A stretch of 64,000 nt of DNA from assembly GCA_937900965.1 (NCBI GenBank), contig CALCGJ010000158.1, positions 186 to 64,185 of the forward strand, read 5' to 3'. The DNA comes from an uncultured Bacteroidota bacterium. Lineage in GTDB: Bacteria > Bacteroidota > Bacteroidia > Bacteroidales > FEN-979. The notes under the pieces were generated by a model, which was not told the DNA's origin, did not search any database, and worked only from the letters and a program-made list of their open reading frames with translations. Every line of letters begins with the position of its first letter. Positions within the stretch are counted from its first letter, which is position 1. The translations under genes and the position numbers were made by a program. Of the stretch, positions 46,461-56,815 are shown one piece after another.

Positions 46461-47201
46461 TTACCTGAAAATAGGATTTTTATAAATTTTCCATCTGGCC
46501 ATCCGGTATTGCAATGAGGTGAGCAGAACGCCTAACCCATAGGTAACACTTCGCCTGAAATTAATAGAGGACGCCTCTTCGAAATATTTAGTCGGACAGG
46601 TAATTTCAGCCACTTCAAACCCTTGAAAAAAGATCTGTGCCAGGATCTGGTTATCAAATAGAAAGTCATCACTGTTATTCTCAAAATTCACTGATTCCAG
46701 TACTTCTCTGGAAAAGGCCCTGTATCCCGTATGGTACTCGGAAAGTTTCTGATTCATCAGTATGTTCTGGACTAACGTGAGGAACCGGTTCGAGAAATAT
46801 TTATAGACTGGCATACCTCCTGAAAGAGCCCCTTTCCCAAGGATTCGCGAACCAAGCACTACCGGGTATACATTGTTGGCAATGAGGTAACACAATGAGG
46901 GAATTAACGCTGGGGTATACTGATAATCAGGATGGAGCATCACCACGATGTCGGATCCGAGTTCCAACGCTTTCCGGTAACATTTTTTCTGGTTAAACCC
47001 GTAACCTTTGTTCTCATCCTGTTGGAGAATATAATCAATATGTAATTCTTCAGCTATTTTCAGAGTGTCATCCTGGCTGTTATCGTCGGATAGAATAATG
47101 TGATCGACAAGATCCTCTGGAATCTCTGAAACGGTTGCTCTCAGGGTTTTGGATGCATTGTAAGCAGGGAGTACAACGGTAACTACTTTGTCTTTTATCA
47201 T
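46461..47201 (-). CDS. Family 2 glycosyltransferase (polyprenyl-phosphate glycosyltransferase, ArnC/DPM1-like)
   Basis: It has VVLPAYNASKTL and the DxD region (LSDDNSQDDT). It is 246 aa with no TM tail and lies adjacent to a GT39/ArnT-like gene. Confidence 0.75.
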   Translation of the reverse strand: MIKDKVVTVVLPAYNASKTLRATVSEIPEDLVDHIILSDDNSQDDTLKIAEELHIDYILQQDENKGYGFNQKKCYRKALELGSDIVVMLHPDYQYTPALIPSLCYLIANNVYPVVLGSRILGKGALSGGMPVYKYFSNRFLTLVQNILMNQKLSEYHTGYRAFSREVLESVNFENNSDDFLFDNQILAQIFFQGFEVAEITCPTKYFEEASSINFRRSVTYGLGVLLTSLQYRMARWKIYKNPIFR

Positions 47202-47211
47202 TAGAAAGAGG

Positions 47212-48837
47212 TTATTTTCGGATCAAAAAAGCATATCCGTTTTGTTTATAGATTACACTGAGTTGAGGATTCTGTTTCAATAGTTTTTCCAGTTTATTAA
47301 CCTTGGTCACCAGGTAGACCGGCTTATCGACATCTCCTTTAACAAGCCATCTGTTAAATCTGGAGATAGGATTGCTTACAGGTTGCTTATCTCCGTAAAA
47401 AAGAGGTGCATATGACTTGAAAGAGGCAGATTTCAGGTAAACATCTTTTCCTTTCATGCTTTTGCAAAATTCTATCAGCGAATTTTGACTGTACATTTCA
47501 ACTTTTTTTGGATAAATCAATATGGCGCCGATGATAAACAGCAACGAAGTTACTCCAAGTATGAGAAACTGTCTTTTTGCCGGACTTTTCCTGTGATAAA
47601 GATAGACCAGGATTCCCACAAAAAGAATAAAAGCGGGCAAATAGTCAATAGCAGTCCAGGCAACAGAAGCGTTCAAACATGCGACAGCAAATGGATCGTT
47701 AATATATGGAATGATCCAGGCAGGATTGCTGAGGAGTATAGGAACTGCAGCAGTAGCAAGAACAAGCAATCCGAAAATAGTCACAATTATCACGGAGATA
47801 GCCTTTGGAAGGGATTGTTGTTGAGTCCATCTGGCATCAATATACATGGCCGCAAGAAATGTCATCGGAAAATAACAAAGTGATGAGTAGTGAATGATTT
47901 TGGTTTTTACGATTGAAAACAGGATCAGTACAATAAAAAAAAGGATGATCATGATTTTTTTGAATAGAACAAGATCGGCATCTGAACTGTTTTTTTCACG
48001 GAATCCGAGGACAAAGAACAAAGAAACCGGGAAAAGGCCAAGAAAAAGAACCACCAGATGGTAGAGGAACGAGCCACCATGCCCGGCATCCTGAGAAGAG
48101 AATAACCTGATCTGGTAGTGAATAAAATCGGCAACTGTGTCGTAATTACCCTGCAGAGCGATCAGGAAAAACCAGGAACCACCAACCAGGATCAATATAA
48201 AGATGAAACCCGCAATCGCAATACCGTGGAGGGGAAAACGGAATCGACGGATGATGATCAAAACAAACAATGCCAAGAACCAGATAAGGCCTGCAACCGG
48301 GCCTTTCGTGAGAATGGCAAGTCCGAGCAAAGCTGCTGATAACGAACTCCAGCCTAGTTCTTTCCATCGGCCAGAGCTCCGGAGGTATTCGAACAATGAA
48401 TAAATACTAAGAAAAATGAACAGATTAAACCATGGGTCGATAATTCCGGATTTAAAATAAAGAAAGGGAAGCACAGAGCAAATATAGGCAGCTACCCAAA
48501 CGATACCCAGTCGTTCCGATTTTAACCTTGAACCAATTAAAAACAAGGCAATTAACGTGATCACACCGCAGAGAGCATTTGGAAACCTGGCCGCATATTC
48601 ATTGATTCCCCACAGCTTCATTGAAACCACTTGCATCCAGATAAATAAAGGGGGCTTTTCCCAAAAAGGGAGAAAATCAATCTGAACCATTGAGTAGTTC
48701 CCGGAAACGATCATTTCACGGGCACATTCTGCAAAATTGATTTCATCCCAGTCGAAAAGATGAATACGGCCTAACAAAGGAAAAAAAAGGATGGCTGAAA
48801 TCACAACGACCAGAAGAAGAATGATCGTTTTTTTCAT
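47212..48837 (-). CDS. GT39/GT83 (PMT/ArnT-like) membrane glycosyltransferase
   Basis: It has more than 10 TM helices. The first loop has FDWDEINFAECAREM and WEKPPLFIW, typical of the ArnT/PMT family. I chose the ATG at 48837 (MKKTIILLL); the track ORF starts at 48861. Confidence 0.7.
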   Translation of the reverse strand: MKKTIILLLVVVISAILFFPLLGRIHLFDWDEINFAECAREMIVSGNYSMVQIDFLPFWEKPPLFIWMQVVSMKLWGINEYAARFPNALCGVITLIALFLIGSRLKSERLGIVWVAAYICSVLPFLYFKSGIIDPWFNLFIFLSIYSLFEYLRSSGRWKELGWSSLSAALLGLAILTKGPVAGLIWFLALFVLIIIRRFRFPLHGIAIAGFIFILILVGGSWFFLIALQGNYDTVADFIHYQIRLFSSQDAGHGGSFLYHLVVLFLGLFPVSLFFVLGFREKNSSDADLVLFKKIMIILFFIVLILFSIVKTKIIHYSSLCYFPMTFLAAMYIDARWTQQQSLPKAISVIIVTIFGLLVLATAAVPILLSNPAWIIPYINDPFAVACLNASVAWTAIDYLPAFILFVGILVYLYHRKSPAKRQFLILGVTSLLFIIGAILIYPKKVEMYSQNSLIEFCKSMKGKDVYLKSASFKSYAPLFYGDKQPVSNPISRFNRWLVKGDVDKPVYLVTKVNKLEKLLKQNPQLSVIYKQNGYAFLIRK

Positions 48838-48891
48838 TAATTCATCATTTGTTCTTGCCAAAAGTAGTTTTTTTAACTTTCCACTAATTTG

Positions 48892-50172
48892 CTAGACTGC
48901 TTTTACCAGGAAGTAGTTCTTTTTTCCTTTCTGGACCAGTATGTAGGTCTCCTGGAGCAGATCATTCATCCCCACAAGATACTCGTCTGTCACTTTTTGT
49001 TTATTGACAGAGACTCCGTTGTCCTTCAGCATCCGGCGGGCTTCTCCTTTAGATGGAAGAATCCCGGTGAAATCAGTTAAAAACTCTACAATGGAAATAG
49101 ATTTCGCTATATCGCTTTTCGCTATTTCACTTTGTGGAACTCCTTCAAAAACGGATAGAAGCATATAAACAGGAAGTCTGGTGAGTGTCTCGGTAGTACC
49201 TGTCCCAAAAAGAATTTCTGATGCCTCAAGAGCAGCCATGTAGTCGGCTTCCGAATGGACCCTTATCGTAATGTCTTTGGCGAGCGCCTTCTGGAGAATC
49301 CTGGTATGAGGTGCTTCCTGATGCTCTTTGATCAACATGTCAATCTCCTCCATGGTGAGCAGGGTGAACTTCCTGATATATTCAGAGGCCTCTTCATCAG
49401 AGGTATTCAGCCAGAACTGATAAAACTTGTAGGGAGAGGTTCTTGCCGGATCGAGCCACACATTCCCCTCTTCGGTCTTTCCAAATTTACCCCCGTCAGC
49501 TTTGGTTATGAGGGGGCAGGTGAGAGCAAACGCATCACCACCAATTTTCCGGCGGATGAGTTCAGTGCCGGTCAGGATATTTCCCCACTGATCGGAGCCG
49601 CCCATCTGAAGTTTCACCTGTTTGTTTTCATATAACCAGCAATAATCGTAACCCTGGATAAGCTGGTAAGAGAACTCGGTAAATGAGATGCCGGCTCCTG
49701 ACTCCATCCGGTTTTTAACGGAGTCTTTTGCTACCATATAGTTGACGGTTAAATGCTTGCCAACCTCACGAAGGAATTCAAGGAATCCAAACTTACTGGT
49801 CCAGTCCCAATTATTGACCATCTCTGCGGAGTTTTTCCCGGAGTCAAAATCGAGAAACTTTTCAAGTTGTGTTTGAATACTTCGCTGGTTGTATCGAAGT
49901 GAGTTTTCATCGAGGAGGGATCGCTCTTCTGACTTGCCGGATGGATCTCCAATCATCCCGGTGGCACCTCCAATAAGTGCATAAGGCTTATGGCCAGCCC
50001 GTTGCAGGTGTACCAACATCATGATGGTGGCCAGGTTACCGATATGCAGTGAATCGGAGGTGGGGTCAAAACCGATATATGCCCGGGTCATCTCTTTCAT
50101 CAATTGCTCCTCAGTTCCCGGGGTGATGTCGTGGATCATTCCACGCCAACGTAGTTCCTCAATGAAGTTCAT
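48892..50172 (-). CDS. tyrS: Tyrosine--tRNA ligase
   Basis: It has the HIGH motif (SLHIGNL), the KMSKS motif (KFGKT) and a C-terminal S4-like domain ([17 protein letters not shown]). Confidence 0.9.
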   Translation of the reverse strand: MNFIEELRWRGMIHDITPGTEEQLMKEMTRAYIGFDPTSDSLHIGNLATIMMLVHLQRAGHKPYALIGGATGMIGDPSGKSEERSLLDENSLRYNQRSIQTQLEKFLDFDSGKNSAEMVNNWDWTSKFGFLEFLREVGKHLTVNYMVAKDSVKNRMESGAGISFTEFSYQLIQGYDYCWLYENKQVKLQMGGSDQWGNILTGTELIRRKIGGDAFALTCPLITKADGGKFGKTEEGNVWLDPARTSPYKFYQFWLNTSDEEASEYIRKFTLLTMEEIDMLIKEHQEAPHTRILQKALAKDITIRVHSEADYMAALEASEILFGTGTTETLTRLPVYMLLSVFEGVPQSEIAKSDIAKSISIVEFLTDFTGILPSKGEARRMLKDNGVSVNKQKVTDEYLVGMNDLLQETYILVQKGKKNYFLVKAV

Positions 50173-50206
50173 CAGGTAAATTTTTGCGAAAATACGAAAA
50201 ATCGAA

Positions 50207-51892
50207 CTACTGTTTCACCGCTCTGATCACCTGTTGTCCTGAATCACTGATAATACGAACGAAGTAAAGGCCTGATGGCATCGTATTAAAATCATTCAGT
50301 ACAACGGTTGATGAACTATTTACAATGAGGGTCTGCGTGCTTATCAACTGACCGGTGACTGAGAGAATCTCAATCCTGATCTTTTCAGAGTTCGTGCGGT
50401 TACATTTAAGCCAGGGAGAACCAGTGAAAGGTACAGGAAAAAGTGCGTATGATTGCTCAGGTTCAAATGATGTTGAAGAGGCTGAGATAACAAACATGGC
50501 ATTCAACATGTTTGGTATTCCATATCCGTAAAGGTTGTCGGGGGTTGCAGCTAACGATGCAGTATTCCTCACGGCATCACGGAGTTCCTGTGCTGAAAAG
50601 GCAGGGGCTGATTGCCATAAACAGGCCATGGCTCCTGCCATGATAGGAGAGGAGAATGAGGTTCCATTGCCCTGAACCACTCCACCCCACGCTGCAACGA
50701 TGGTTGTTCCTTCACCCTGGGCTACTACATCAGGCTTGATCCGGCCATCATAAGTTGGACCTGTGGAACTGAATGAGGCATACCATCCCGATGCATTAAC
50801 TGCACCAATTGAGAATACACTATCTCCGTCAGCCGGAGCCCCAATATATTGCCATGATGACCCGCCGCTGTTACCGGCACTGTTCACCACAATGATGCCA
50901 CGGCTTGCGGCCAGATCAGCAGCACGGGTTACAGGAGCCGTATTCCCATCCATATCAGCATAGGAATGGTCGTAAACCGGATTATCGAACGTTGTATATC
51001 CAAGTGATGAATTGATGACATCGGCACCGAGACTGTCGGCAAATTCTGCACCGCCAGCCCAGTTATACTCCTCAATGAGTGCCTCATACTCACCAACTTC
51101 GGTACGGACCAGCCAAAAAGAGGCATGAGGCGCCGTCCCAACCATCTCTCCCGGAAGATTGGCCCCTATGGTAGACAGAACACTTGTGCCATGTGTATGC
51201 TGGTCAAAACCAAATACATTGTTCCCGGGGATATTGAAATCGCGGGTCCCGAGGATCTGGTTGTTGAGCCAGAGAGAGTCAAAAGCAGAGATCTGGTCTG
51301 TCTGGGAAAAACCGGCATCCAGTATGACGATCATCATACCCTGTCCGGTATAACCAAGATCATGAAGGCCATCAAGAGATATCATATGTGTCTGATTATA
51401 TGCCTGGCCATAATCGATACTGCCCGTGGATTTGGGTGTAACAACAGAGGCCGGTTTGATCAATGTGTATGGTGGAATCTCATCTAATTGCTTTATCCCG
51501 GGCTCTCCGGATCCCTGAACAGGCGTTTTTGAAAGAACCTGGTCGATATGATCAACAAACGGAAGCGCAGCGATAGCTGCAAGTATTCCAGGATCATTTG
51601 TGTTGACAACAACCGCATTAAACCACTTCAGTGAATATACTACAGTAGCCCCTGTTGCCTCAATATCCGTTACATAGGAAGGGGTTACGGGAAGATCCTT
51701 CATGTCGAGAGAGATGTTTGAGTTTGTTCGGCGGTCAAGTGACCGCTGGGTGAGAAACTCAATAGGATTGGACAGGAAATAGGGGTTGTTGTCTTTATCT
51801 GTCAGAAAAACAACATGTTTCTCCTCCTGAGCAAACAGGGAAACTGTAATTGAAAAGATGAGTAGCATTAAGGATAATTGTTTCATAATCAA
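50207..51892 (-). CDS. S8 family (subtilisin-like) serine peptidase with T9SS C-terminal sorting domain
   Basis: The catalytic triad contexts are IVILDAGF (Asp), HGTSVLS (His) and GTSFSSP (Ser). It has a signal peptide. The C-terminus reads [20 protein letters not shown]. Confidence 0.85.
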   Translation of the reverse strand: MIMKQLSLMLLIFSITVSLFAQEEKHVVFLTDKDNNPYFLSNPIEFLTQRSLDRRTNSNISLDMKDLPVTPSYVTDIEATGATVVYSLKWFNAVVVNTNDPGILAAIAALPFVDHIDQVLSKTPVQGSGEPGIKQLDEIPPYTLIKPASVVTPKSTGSIDYGQAYNQTHMISLDGLHDLGYTGQGMMIVILDAGFSQTDQISAFDSLWLNNQILGTRDFNIPGNNVFGFDQHTHGTSVLSTIGANLPGEMVGTAPHASFWLVRTEVGEYEALIEEYNWAGGAEFADSLGADVINSSLGYTTFDNPVYDHSYADMDGNTAPVTRAADLAASRGIIVVNSAGNSGGSSWQYIGAPADGDSVFSIGAVNASGWYASFSSTGPTYDGRIKPDVVAQGEGTTIVAAWGGVVQGNGTSFSSPIMAGAMACLWQSAPAFSAQELRDAVRNTASLAATPDNLYGYGIPNMLNAMFVISASSTSFEPEQSYALFPVPFTGSPWLKCNRTNSEKIRIEILSVTGQLISTQTLIVNSSSTVVLNDFNTMPSGLYFVRIISDSGQQVIRAVKQ

Positions 51893-51956
51893 CGCGTTTA
51901 ATGTTTTTGGACAATAATCAGGGAAAACATACGGGAGAGAGAACCGATTGTTTTTG

Positions 51957-51964
51957 CAAAGTTA
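51957..51964 (-). promoter_or_regulatory. Bacteroidota -7 promoter box (TAACTTTG on the minus strand)
   Basis: The reverse complement of CAAAGTTA is TAACTTTG. It lies 65 nt upstream of the S8 peptidase start. Confidence 0.4.
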
Positions 51965-51968
51965 CGGT

Positions 51969-54317
51969 TTATTTCGGTCCCATATTAAAAATCAACTCTC
52001 CACCCTTCATCAGATCAGCATGTTCAAGAAAGGGTGTAGTCAATAACGTCCCATTCAATGAAACGGACTGGATGTAAATATCCTGATCCTTCAGGCGATT
52101 GACCTTGATGTTCAATGTTTCTCCTTTCTCCAGGGATAGAGTTGCTTCGGTGACAGAAGGAGACCCTATTGCATATTGTGTGGTCCCGGGACACACAGGA
52201 TAAAACCCCAGGACTGAAAAGATATACCATGCACTCATCTGTCCGCAATCGTCGTTGCCACAGAGTCCGTCGGGAGCATTGCGGTACATCGTTTCACAGA
52301 TCTGACGCACCCGATCCTGCGTTTTCCATGTCTGGGAGGTCCAGTTGTACAGGTAGGGAACATGGTGGCTTGGTTCATTACCGTGTACATAGTTCCCGAT
52401 CAACCCAACCCTTGTCACATCTTCGGTTTCAGCAAAATGTGCATCGTCGAGATGCATGGTGAACAGGGAGTCGAGGTGTTGGATAAAACGTTCTTCGCCT
52501 CCCATCAGCTGAATCATCCCGGGAACATCATGAGGGATGTAATACGAATAATTCCACGAGTTCCCTTCAATAAATCCCTCTCCATGGGTATTCAGGGGAT
52601 CGAAAGGTACCTTCCACGATCCGTCTGCATTCCGTGGCCTGACGAAACCCAGAGTGGTATCAAAGAGGTTTCTGTAATTTTTTGATCTTTCACGAAACGA
52701 GGCGTTCATTTCCACGGCATTACGTTTTACTGTATCAGATAGCATCGTTTGATGTGATATGGCATCAGCCAGCTGTGCAACGGTAAAATCATCATACGCA
52801 TATTCAAGGGTGATGGATGCCGAATTGGAGATCCGGTCTTCCGGGATAAACCCAAGGTCCATGTAGTCCTCCACCCCTGTGTAATGTTTATTGGTAGCCG
52901 TTTTGATCGCCGCTCTCAAGGCTCTGGCAGCATCAAACCCCCGGATTCCTTTCACAGCGGCATCTGCGATAACAGGAACACTGTGATAACCGATCATACA
53001 CCAGTTTTCATTGCCGTGATGAGACCATACCGGTAACATCTTTTCAGGGCTCTGATCAAAATGTGCCAGCATGGAGTTAACCATATCGGAAGTACGATTG
53101 GGATACATCAGTGTGAGAAAAGGATGAAGAGCGCGGTAGGTATCCCAGAGAGAAAATATCGTGTAGTTGGTGAATCCATTTGACTGATGTACATCTGTGT
53201 CGATACCACGGTAGGCTCCATCAACATCCTGGTAAACAGAAGGATGAATTAAAGAGTGATAGAGTGCGGTATAAAAAATCACCTTCCGATCCCCGGAAGC
53301 CTGAATTTTGATTCGTTGCAGCTCATCTTCCCACGACTGATTCGCTTTAATTTTGATATTTTCAAAATCCCAAAAGGGGATCTCATCCTGCATGTTTTTC
53401 AGCGCTCCCTCCATAGAGACCCCCGATAATCCAACTTTGACCAGTATCTTCTCTCCCGAAGTCGTAGCAAAGTCAAAATGGGCCTTCAGTTTCTTTCCGG
53501 CCAGTTCGGGAAAATTTTCCTGCTGGTTGAATTTCCGCCAGAAGCCTTTGTAACTGAGGGGATTTTCATCACGGAAGCCATAGCTTTTAAATGATTTCGA
53601 GAAAGCCATAGCGAAGTAGATATAGCGGGTTCGACCCCATCCGCTGGTAATCCGGTATCCGGCAATCAGGCTGTCATTAATTATCCGGATATATGCCCAC
53701 TGAACTTTCCCATCATAGTTGTAGATTCCGTGATCCAGGTCGAGAATCAGGTGGGCGCTATCGCTTTCCGGAAATGTGTAGCGATGAAATCCACACCGGA
53801 CGGTGGCCGTGAGTTCTGCCTCCACATCAGGTTCGTCGAGGTGAACCCTGTAATACCCGGGTGATGCCGACTCGGTCTCTTTTCGGTATGATGACCTGTA
53901 GCCGGATGCCGGATTGTCCGATACGCCGGGATTGAGTTGAAGATTCCCAATAGTAGGCATGATCAGAATGTCACCCAGATCGGAGTGTCCGGTTCCGCTG
54001 AAATGCGTATGACTGAAGCCGACAATGGTAGGGTCATCATACTGGTAACCTGCACAATAGCGGTAGACATCAGGATTGTATTTCCCGTTGATGGAAAACG
54101 GAATGGTATCGGTATCGGGGCTGAGTTGTACAAATCCAAACGGGACCACTGCTCCCGGAAATGTATGGCCCATCTCCTGTGTGCCGATAAAGGGGTTAAC
54201 ATAGTGGGTGAGGGAGTCAGAATTGGGTTGTTGAGAGAAGGTGGCTGTAACAATAAATAGTGAAATGGTGAAATGGTGAAATGGTGAAATAAGGATGATC
54301 CGGAATGTTCGTTTCAT
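51969..54317 (-). CDS. GH92 family alpha-mannosidase
   Basis: It has VNPFIGTQEMGHTFPGAVVPFGFVQLSPDT and the downstream blocks GFSHTHFSGTG, FSLWDTYRA and GNEPSHH..YLY, which are typical of GH92. The length is 782 aa. Confidence 0.85.
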   Translation of the reverse strand: MKRTFRIILISPFHHFTISLFIVTATFSQQPNSDSLTHYVNPFIGTQEMGHTFPGAVVPFGFVQLSPDTDTIPFSINGKYNPDVYRYCAGYQYDDPTIVGFSHTHFSGTGHSDLGDILIMPTIGNLQLNPGVSDNPASGYRSSYRKETESASPGYYRVHLDEPDVEAELTATVRCGFHRYTFPESDSAHLILDLDHGIYNYDGKVQWAYIRIINDSLIAGYRITSGWGRTRYIYFAMAFSKSFKSYGFRDENPLSYKGFWRKFNQQENFPELAGKKLKAHFDFATTSGEKILVKVGLSGVSMEGALKNMQDEIPFWDFENIKIKANQSWEDELQRIKIQASGDRKVIFYTALYHSLIHPSVYQDVDGAYRGIDTDVHQSNGFTNYTIFSLWDTYRALHPFLTLMYPNRTSDMVNSMLAHFDQSPEKMLPVWSHHGNENWCMIGYHSVPVIADAAVKGIRGFDAARALRAAIKTATNKHYTGVEDYMDLGFIPEDRISNSASITLEYAYDDFTVAQLADAISHQTMLSDTVKRNAVEMNASFRERSKNYRNLFDTTLGFVRPRNADGSWKVPFDPLNTHGEGFIEGNSWNYSYYIPHDVPGMIQLMGGEERFIQHLDSLFTMHLDDAHFAETEDVTRVGLIGNYVHGNEPSHHVPYLYNWTSQTWKTQDRVRQICETMYRNAPDGLCGNDDCGQMSAWYIFSVLGFYPVCPGTTQYAIGSPSVTEATLSLEKGETLNIKVNRLKDQDIYIQSVSLNGTLLTTPFLEHADLMKGGELIFNMGPK
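54259..54290. repeat. Octamer array (A/G)GTGAAAT x4 inside the GH92 signal-peptide codons
   Basis: I counted the units directly. On the minus strand it reads ISPFHHFTISLF (codons ~10-20). The octamer family is the same as at 17105-17152 and 31582-31605. Confidence 0.9.
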
Positions 54318-54451
54318 GGATTAAATTTCATGGGTGAAGAAAAAACGGTGAGATAGGTGTAGTTTTTACCGGTTCCCCAGGCTTATTACTCCGGTATTAG
54401 GTTGGGTAAAAATACGAAAAGCGACGAAAACCGGAAATCTGCTTTATTGCG

Positions 54452-54459
54452 TATCTTTG
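54452..54459 (+). promoter_or_regulatory. Bacteroidota -7 promoter box (TATCTTTG)
   Basis: It matches TAnnTTTG and lies 25 nt upstream of the ATG at 54484. It overlaps the track's TTG start at 54457, which argues against that start. Confidence 0.45.
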
Positions 54460-54483
54460 TGCGTTATTCACAAACCTTATTTT

Positions 54484-56112
54484 ATGACACTTCCAGGGAT
54501 GTTTTCAGAAACCGTCCGAAATTTCGGACAACGCCCGGCGCTGGCTTTTGCCGGACAGACTCCGGTTACCTTCAAGGAGCTGGAAGAACAGATTTACACA
54601 GTAATCAGTCAGCTGGAATCCATTGGGATAAGGCATGGCGACAAGGTTGCTATTCTTGCTGCCAGTTCACCCAACTGGGCCGTATGTTACTACGCCATCA
54701 CATTTATGGGAGCTGTAGCAGTTCCTATACTACCCGATTTTCATGAAACGGAGATAGAAAATATCATTATCCATTCGGAGACTAAAGCTCTTTTTTATTC
54801 CTCCGGACTTAAGGCGAAGATCAAACCTTCGTTGGAAAAAATTGTACCAAACCGTTTTCTTGTTGACGATATCACGGCAGTTTCCGCTGCCAAAGATGCT
54901 ACAGCAGAGAGCGACGAGATAAAAATTCGTAAGGATTATGATGTCAAAGAGAATGATCTTGCGGCGATTATCTATACTTCCGGAACAACCGGAAAATCAA
55001 AAGGGGTCATGCTGTCTCATTTGAATATTTGCTTTACAGCCTTGAAGGGAAGCAAAATTATTCCAATCTATGATACCGACCGCTTCCTCTCAGTATTGCC
55101 ATTGTCACATTCGTATGAAAATACAGTTGGTTTGGTACTTCCTATGATCAATGGTGCATGTGTCTATTATCTTGGCGGACTTCCAACCCCGTCCATCCTG
55201 CTTCCGGCTTTGCAGGATGTGAAGCCTACCTTCATGCTTACAGTTCCCATGATCATTGAAAAGATTTACCGGAACAAGATCAGGCCGGCTTTCACTGAGA
55301 AACGGGTCATGCGTATCATTTACAGCGCTCCTCCATTCAGGAAGGTGCTGAACCGGATTGCCGGCAAAAAACTCATGGCGACATTTGGAGGGGAGCTGCG
55401 GTTTTTTGGGATTGGTGGAGCAAAACTCAGTTCTACCATCGAAAAATTCCTGATCGAGGCAAAGTTCCCTTATGCAATCGGGTATGGATTAACTGAAACT
55501 TCACCATTGCTTGCGGGATGTAGTCCCAGTAATACGCGTCTGCAATCTACCGGACCTGCCCTGGAAGATGTAACCCTCAAGATTCATGATCCTGATCCGG
55601 TAACAGGTGAAGGCGAGATTTGGGCCAGGGGTGCAAATGTGATGCTTGGTTACTATAAGGAACCCGATCTGACCAGCGAGATGATTACGCCGGATGGATG
55701 GCTGCAAACAGGAGACCTGGGCATTTTCGATAAAGATGGTTATCTCTTTATCCAGGGAAGGAAGAAGAATACGATTTTAGGCTCAGGTGGAGAGAATATC
55801 TACCCGGAAGAGATCGAATCGGTCATCAACAACTTCAAGCATGTTGCCGAGTCGCTGGTGATTGAACAAAAAGGGAAGCTGGTTGCACTGGTCCACTTCA
55901 ACAAAGAAGAGATTGAGGAGAAGTACCTTCACATGAAGCAGGAGGTCACATCCTATGTTGAGCACAGGATAGAAGAGCTGAAAGTCGAGTTAAAGGAGTA
56001 CATCAACTCCAAGGTCAACAAATTTTCACGGGTACAATCGGTAGTTAATCAACCTGAACCGTTTAAAAAAACACCCACCCAGAAGATCAAACGCTTCCTC
56101 TACATTTCCTGA
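54484..56112 (+). CDS. Long-chain fatty acid--CoA ligase (FadD-like AMP-binding enzyme)
   Basis: It has YTSGTTGKSKGV, GYGLTE, TGDLG and the C-terminal KIKR. It lacks the Acs-family blocks seen in 28197..29900. Confidence 0.8.
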   Translation: MTLPGMFSETVRNFGQRPALAFAGQTPVTFKELEEQIYTVISQLESIGIRHGDKVAILAASSPNWAVCYYAITFMGAVAVPILPDFHETEIENIIIHSETKALFYSSGLKAKIKPSLEKIVPNRFLVDDITAVSAAKDATAESDEIKIRKDYDVKENDLAAIIYTSGTTGKSKGVMLSHLNICFTALKGSKIIPIYDTDRFLSVLPLSHSYENTVGLVLPMINGACVYYLGGLPTPSILLPALQDVKPTFMLTVPMIIEKIYRNKIRPAFTEKRVMRIIYSAPPFRKVLNRIAGKKLMATFGGELRFFGIGGAKLSSTIEKFLIEAKFPYAIGYGLTETSPLLAGCSPSNTRLQSTGPALEDVTLKIHDPDPVTGEGEIWARGANVMLGYYKEPDLTSEMITPDGWLQTGDLGIFDKDGYLFIQGRKKNTILGSGGENIYPEEIESVINNFKHVAESLVIEQKGKLVALVHFNKEEIEEKYLHMKQEVTSYVEHRIEELKVELKEYINSKVNKFSRVQSVVNQPEPFKKTPTQKIKRFLYIS

Positions 56113-56115
56113 CAG

Positions 56116-56643
56116 TTATTTCCGGTATCGCATTGCCAGGATGAAATAGATGAAGACAGGAACCACGATTGTCCCGATAAAAATCGGGAAGAACCATATT
56201 CCAAGTCCCTCTGATTTACCAAAGGCAATCATAACCGTCTCGTAACTGATAAAAAAGAACATCAGTACGATCACAAGTTTCAGATATTTTATCAACCGCA
56301 GGCCGAGAGTATATTGTTTACGGGCATTTGCCGGTGTGATCTTAACAGGATAGTTTAATTTCTCCGGGATCCGGCTGATAAGTGTCAGAACAGAGTATAT
56401 GACCAGGGCGATACCTGGCAGCATCCAAAGAGTTACTTTGTTCCCATAGCCATCGGGAGTTCCACTTGCATTGAAATGGGTTGGGACGGTATCGGGCAAC
56501 CGGGGGATATTGTACAGTGAGAATCCGAAAAAGATGAGGATACAAATAATTGCAAGGATCTCCAGTATCCAGTCTGCAGGGCCCATCTCAAGTTTAACAA
56601 TGGGTCGGTCAGGATCCAGACGATGTCTTTTTCTGAATATCAT
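56116..56643 (-). CDS. DUF1648/SdpI-like membrane protein
   Basis: It has four TM helices. The loop VPTHFNASGTPDGYG is typical of DUF1648. The start is uncertain: 56643 overlaps the upstream ORF by 35 nt, and an alternative ATG lies at 56586. Confidence 0.5.
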   Translation of the reverse strand: MIFRKRHRLDPDRPIVKLEMGPADWILEILAIICILIFFGFSLYNIPRLPDTVPTHFNASGTPDGYGNKVTLWMLPGIALVIYSVLTLISRIPEKLNYPVKITPANARKQYTLGLRLIKYLKLVIVLMFFFISYETVMIAFGKSEGLGIWFFPIFIGTIVVPVFIYFILAMRYRK

Positions 56644-56806
56644 TTTTTATGATTTTTTTAGGAGATCTCCCATGTTGTTTTAAGGCATTGTCGAGAATCC
56701 ATTCAACCTGACCATTCACACTCCGGAACTCATCAACCGCCCACGATTCGAGGGCGGCATAGAGTTTCGGATCCAATCGAAGCATAAATACTTTCTTCTT
56801 CGACAT
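56609..56806 (-). CDS. Ribbon-helix-helix (Arc-like) small DNA-binding protein
   Basis: The 65 aa protein has the strand FMLRL followed by two helices (PKLYAALESWAVDEFRS and VNGQVEWILDNALK). Confidence 0.55.
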   Translation of the reverse strand: MSKKKVFMLRLDPKLYAALESWAVDEFRSVNGQVEWILDNALKQHGRSPKKIIKNDIQKKTSSGS

Positions 56807-56815
56807 AAAAATAAT

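Noticed and set aside
49101-49130. ATTTCGCTAT-like sequence inside tyrS could be another in-frame insertion of the AGCGAAAT octamer family.
   Set aside because: There are only about two imperfect units. TyrRS length (426 aa) and the spacing between the catalytic and S4-like domains look ordinary as far as I can judge. I treat this as chance similarity unless an alignment shows an insertion.
56609-56806. The RHH protein could be the antitoxin of a toxin-antitoxin pair.
   Set aside because: Neither neighbour resembles a toxin. One is an SPFH membrane protein and the other a DUF1648 membrane protein.
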